From NCBI GenBank assembly GCA_040285745.1, contig JAUFOR010000006.1, positions 620,001 to 684,000 of the forward strand: 64,000 nt of DNA, written 5' to 3'. This DNA is from Barthelona sp. PCE (taxonomy: Eukaryota). This document shows, in pieces, positions 59,769-64,000 of the stretch. Under the pieces are notes generated by a model. It searched no databases. It worked only from the letters and a program-made list of their open reading frames with translations, and had not been told where the DNA came from. Position numbers and translations under genes: made by a program. The first letter of the stretch is position 1. Each line of letters begins with the position of its first letter.

Positions 59769-60064
59769 ATGATGTTTGACTTATATTTTATACCCCCTGC
59801 GCAAATATAAAGTAAAAAAATTGTAAGAACAAGGTTTTCAAGATTGGTTTTTGCGCTCTTCATATTATTGCGTTTTTATTTGTGCTTAAATGATGTTAGG
59901 TGGAGAATAAATCAATATTTGAAGGTAAATAAACAGTGTATAGTCGATTTACATATAGAAACTTGTTTAAGTATTTTGCTGCCTTTTCTGCAGATAGCAT
60001 TCGTACCAAAACATACTATTTGTCATCAATATCCGAAAAACTTTATATTTTTACTATTTAGACA

Positions 60065-63000
60065 ATGCGTATTGCTAAATCATTTTTATTCTTGCTTTTA
60101 TTGGTGCTTAGCGTTTTTGCAGTGTCTGCAAAAGGTAAAACATGCTGGGGCTATTGGTATAATGATAATAACTGTTACTTTAGTCAATGGAGGGATTGGA
60201 TGTGTGATGGTGGAACCCAAACCGCTCCAGATTCCAATATTGATGTTACAGCTCAATCGGGCTATGATTTCTATGTGAACGTTAATCGTATCATCAAGAC
60301 ATTATGGGTCAAACCAGGCTCTGGTGAAGTTAGAGCGCTTAGTCCCTATACTTTGACAGTTAATGGACTGACAAAGCTTGAACGTCAGATATATCCCGAT
60401 GTGGGAGGAAAGTTCAAGTTTTCTGACGTTGAACTTTATGGTACTACTTTGGGTTACCCTGGTGTATCATCATGTTCATCTCGTGACATTGAAGTAACAG
60501 GAACAATGACTGTCAAAAGTGACAGTGCAGTTTTATATTGCGTAGATCTCGTTGTCGAGAATCTTGAGATTGAGTCAACAAAATGGCGTTTAGGAGTCGG
60601 TGGTCGGCTTACCGTCAATGGTGAACTCAAGCTCCCCCCTTCGGGTGCTGTATTCGAAAATTATGATACTAACTATGCCAATGTGTATCTTTATGGTTTG
60701 GTTACCAAGGTTGGTATCACAACACATTTGGAATTTCAGACTCATGTAACTACTTCTGCTCAGTGGAGTTTGGAAGGAGGTACGGTCCACTTCGACCTGT
60801 GCTTCTATTCCGTTACTCCCGATGGTAGTTACAACACCGATCCAGGAGTATTTGGTCCTGGTGATTGGGTTCTTAAGAACTCAGGTTTCAGTCCTTCAGT
60901 TTCTTTTCAAGATCGCACTGACATGAACTGTTACAACAACTTTGAGAAACAGTTTTTCTTCAAATATGAGGGCATGTCTGTTAAGTTCAACCTTTATTTT
61001 GGAGGTTATTCATACAACCTGCGTCCTCTCACTGATTGGGACTACATCAACATCGATAATCTAGGCTTAAGTGCTACTGAGGTTACAATCGATTGTACTT
61101 CCGCCATGGATGTCCTCATTCCAGTTAAGGAATTACACTATCACACTAATCTGAAGGAAACATCATTCCCTCGTCGCTGTAATTTCTTTGTAGATGAACT
61201 AATTGTAGATTCATCAATCAATAATATCCGTTCGTCTATTATTGACAGCTCACGAGCAAATTTCACGTTGCTGGACCTTACTGTTGATAATGGGCTCACT
61301 GCTCAGATTGTTGGAGAACTAGACCTTAATGGTGATTGTACAATCACCTCAGGTGCACTTCGTGTCACAGCTCCCGTCACATTCGCAGGAGACATTTATC
61401 TTCACAACGCATATGTGTACGGTGGTTCTGTGATTCACGGTAATAACACTCACTTCCTTGATGCTATGGGAAAACGTATTTCCAATACAAAGATGAACAT
61501 GGAGTATAAGTTTGACTGGCAGAACGGAAACATTACATGTGGTAACTCAATTCTTGATGGTGGTATCTTTATTAAAAAGGATTATTCCCATTTCTTCCAG
61601 GAAGATCTCTCAGTTAACCCATGTACCCTCAACATTACAAACGAATTCGAAGTCCCTGCGGATCATTCAGTCATTGAAGCGTTACTAGATGTTTACGCTG
61701 AGATGTACTGTACTGGTGACTCAATTCGTTTCAGAGGTGGTGGTTATTGGCGTAACTATCTTAATATCGATCATATTCTTATCTTTTCGAAGTCTGATAA
61801 GATAAGCGATTTCCAACAGACATGGCAAATTATGGTCAATCAGGCTTTCCGCATTGGCGATGCATTTGAAATTGATGGTGCAGAGCTTAATGTTAATGAA
61901 GGTCTTTGGAATACTTCTTATGATCCTACTCTTTTATTGAGATCAGGTTATATCTTCTTCAATACTAATGATTCCATTGGTACTATTGAACTTCGAGGTG
62001 GTGAAGCATATTTTTTCGATGTCGGTCGTGTTAACGTTATGCGCGTTTATAGTGGACTTCATAGAAGTGAAGCATTCTTTAACGCCTCCCAAGTTTCTTT
62101 CTTAGCTGGTAATTCAAAGTTTATCTTTAATGCAGAAGCAGACATTGATAAATTGGTTGTTGAAAATTCTCATTTTGTCAGTTCAAAAGATAAATTTACT
62201 TGTGCTGATGTATCACTTATCGGTGGTACACTTGAGCTTAACGGTCCTGGTGTCATTGAGAAAATTATCGTTAGTGGAGGTAACTTTTCAGGTATTGCTG
62301 AAACAAATGTAACTAGATTATATCACACAGGTGGTTATATTTCTGGAAATCATATATCTTGGTATTCAGATCGTTCAGTTCTTAATGTTGATTATTTTAA
62401 TAGTACTTCTAATGTTGTCAAGTATCTTAATACTCGTAATATTAAAATTCATAAACGTATGTGGTATCGTGCCTCAGGAGGTTATACTTATTGTTATTAC
62501 GGGACTCACATCGAAATCATGCCTGGTGCTGATCTCGTTTGGGATCCACAAGATGGAAGCGTAGCACGTTTCTACAAGTATGATGTTGCTGGTGAAATAT
62601 GTTCTATTACTGTACACGACAATGCTGCGATGTACTCTGTTGATTCTGCAACCGTCTACATGTACGTGCAGTACAACATCGAGGGTCTCTTCTACCTAAA
62701 CGATAGTTCTACATTCTTTATGGGTGGAGGAAACTCGATTATTACAGGTGAAGTCCGTATCCCTGCCAGCTCCACATTGAATCTTGCAGGTTTATATTAC
62801 ACCAATCAACGTTATTCATACGTTGATATCTTTGAACCTGCTTATATCCTCAACTCTGGTACTCTAAAGTTGACAGGCCGAAATATCGTCTACCTACATG
62901 ATAACGCAACAATCAACATTGGTGATAATCTTAACGTTGCGGGTGATCGATATTCGTGGTTGGATTACCACCCTGACCTTAACGTCACAGATCTGGTTGT

Positions 63001-64000
63001 TACTACTGGTAGTCTGCATGTGTTTGAAAATACTCTCTTTGAAGTCGATACAATCACATGCGTTAGCAATGGATCTTTAATCACCGATTCAAACACTGTA
63101 GTTAGTGATCATATTACTGTTAACAATGGTTACCACAGCTTTAACAAGAACGTTACAGTTGATACGCTCAATCATAACGGTGGTACAACTATCATAAACA
63201 ATACAGCTGTTATTACAACTTTGCATATCTGTGGCGGTCATCTTAAAATTAATGGTGATCTTCTAGTTGATGATATAGACTTCTGTGGTGGTACTCTTAC
63301 TGTTTACGGTGAGCTACGTACATCAACGATTGTATATGCGGCTGGTTCTCTCAACTCAAATGGTATAACATATCTCGACTACCTTGAGGTATCACATACT
63401 AATGCGCGATTCAAGCATCTTATCTGTAACCATACCAACATTATTGGTGGTTACCTTTACAGTTGGAAATTTGAGGGCAACTACACTGAGATGTCATCAG
63501 GTCGTTGGTACACGTACGATCAAACTAACATTACTGATATTCATTTCACTGATGGTCGTGCATATTTCGATGGTTTATTGCGTGCTGATTCGCTTCTCAT
63601 TGAGGGAGGACAGCACACAGCAACCAAGGCTGGTTACGTCAACAATATCACACATATTGATGGTGATTATACACCATACACAAACTCTGATTTTGATAAT
63701 TACTTGCTTTTGGGTGGAAGAATGCTGCTTTCGTATTCTTTCTCCATCTGCAACTTCAATTTCTCAGGAGGTTACTTCCAAGGTACATCTAGAGTGCTGA
63801 CTGTCAATTGTGACATGTATATTTACTCAGACGATGATAAAAGATGGAGTTCAGACCTAATCACTAACGGTAATGTCTATTACCTCAGCGGAAAAGTGAT
63901 TGTGTATCAAGGTGTTTGGTGGAAGAACTACGGAACGGTCAAGATTACAACTCTTGATCCTTCGTGGGATTTGATTAATTACCATCCAACACATAGCCCT
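60065..64000 (+). CDS. 5' part of a second very large secreted beta-solenoid protein, truncated by the window edge
   Basis: Manual translation gives the signal peptide MRIAKSFLFLLLLVLSVFAVSA, then KGKTCWGYWYNDNNCYFSQWRDWMCDGG.... The frame is open at all points checked and at the end (...SWDLINYHPTHSP), for 1,312 codons. It contains FDWQNGNI, VSGGNFSG...YHTGGYISG and FNFSGGYFQG motifs like the 20984 protein. Confidence 0.85.
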   Translation, partial: MRIAKSFLFLLLLVLSVFAVSAKGKTCWGYWYNDNNCYFSQWRDWMCDGGTQTAPDSNIDVTAQSGYDFYVNVNRIIKTLWVKPGSGEVRALSPYTLTVNGLTKLERQIYPDVGGKFKFSDVELYGTTLGYPGVSSCSSRDIEVTGTMTVKSDSAVLYCVDLVVENLEIESTKWRLGVGGRLTVNGELKLPPSGAVFENYDTNYANVYLYGLVTKVGITTHLEFQTHVTTSAQWSLEGGTVHFDLCFYSVTPDGSYNTDPGVFGPGDWVLKNSGFSPSVSFQDRTDMNCYNNFEKQFFFKYEGMSVKFNLYFGGYSYNLRPLTDWDYINIDNLGLSATEVTIDCTSAMDVLIPVKELHYHTNLKETSFPRRCNFFVDELIVDSSINNIRSSIIDSSRANFTLLDLTVDNGLTAQIVGELDLNGDCTITSGALRVTAPVTFAGDIYLHNAYVYGGSVIHGNNTHFLDAMGKRISNTKMNMEYKFDWQNGNITCGNSILDGGIFIKKDYSHFFQEDLSVNPCTLNITNEFEVPADHSVIEALLDVYAEMYCTGDSIRFRGGGYWRNYLNIDHILIFSKSDKISDFQQTWQIMVNQAFRIGDAFEIDGAELNVNEGLWNTSYDPTLLLRSGYIFFNTNDSIGTIELRGGEAYFFDVGRVNVMRVYSGLHRSEAFFNASQVSFLAGNSKFIFNAEADIDKLVVENSHFVSSKDKFTCADVSLIGGTLELNGPGVIEKIIVSGGNFSGIAETNVTRLYHTGGYISGNHISWYSDRSVLNVDYFNSTSNVVKYLNTRNIKIHKRMWYRASGGYTYCYYGTHIEIMPGADLVWDPQDGSVARFYKYDVAGEICSITVHDNAAMYSVDSATVYMYVQYNIEGLFYLNDSSTFFMGGGNSIITGEVRIPASSTLNLAGLYYTNQRYSYVDIFEPAYILNSGTLKLTGRNIVYLHDNATINIGDNLNVAGDRYSWLDYHPDLNVTDLVVTTGSLHVFENTLFEVDTITCVSNGSLITDSNTVVSDHITVNNGYHSFNKNVTVDTLNHNGGTTIINNTAVITTLHICGGHLKINGDLLVDDIDFCGGTLTVYGELRTSTIVYAAGSLNSNGITYLDYLEVSHTNARFKHLICNHTNIIGGYLYSWKFEGNYTEMSSGRWYTYDQTNITDIHFTDGRAYFDGLLRADSLLIEGGQHTATKAGYVNNITHIDGDYTPYTNSDFDNYLLLGGRMLLSYSFSICNFNFSGGYFQGTSRVLTVNCDMYIYSDDDKRWSSDLITNGNVYYLSGKVIVYQGVWWKNYGTVKITTLDPSWDLINYHPTHSP

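Noticed and set aside
59700-59820. U1 snRNA suggested by ACTTACCT
   Set aside because: No recognisable U1-70K loop, U1A loop or properly placed Sm site downstream. Kept only as part of the stem-loop finding.
1-64000. Functional clustering of expression-machinery genes (eIF4E, DDX3, TAF5, eIF3i, SRP14, TBP); CRISPR arrays, tRNA/rRNA, transposons
   Set aside because: Mixed orientations and interspersed unrelated genes give no support for an operon-like cluster. No repeat-spacer array, cloverleaf, rRNA motif, transposase or reverse transcriptase was seen by eye.

Overview
A 64-kb stretch of a very compact, apparently intron-free, AT-rich eukaryotic (protist) nuclear genome that uses the standard genetic code. 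Gene density, divergent TBP and eIF4E, and stop-overlapping poly(A)-like hexamers suggest a metamonad-like flagellate; this is inference and cannot be confirmed here. It holds about 22 protein genes. Recognisable housekeeping genes: SSX2IP/Msd1-like, IKS1-like kinase, eIF4E-like, PIN/AEC transporter, DDX3/Ded1 helicase, Skp1-like, phosducin-like PhLP2, TAF5-like, SCC3/STAG, TIS11-like CCCH protein, eIF3i, TM9SF, SRP14, TBP and PTPA. There are also two members of an orphan family, one split by a single in-frame TAA. The dominant feature is a 28.9-kb single ORF (about 9,623 aa from the first ATG) encoding a signal peptide, more than 20 degenerate ~270-400-aa beta-solenoid-like repeats with Cys-rich inserts, a Pmp-type beta-helix, Cys-rich repeats and a ~9-TM C-terminal domain. 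A second, related secreted ORF missed by the ORF track starts at 60065 and runs off the window edge. No rRNA, tRNA, CRISPR array or mobile element was recognised.
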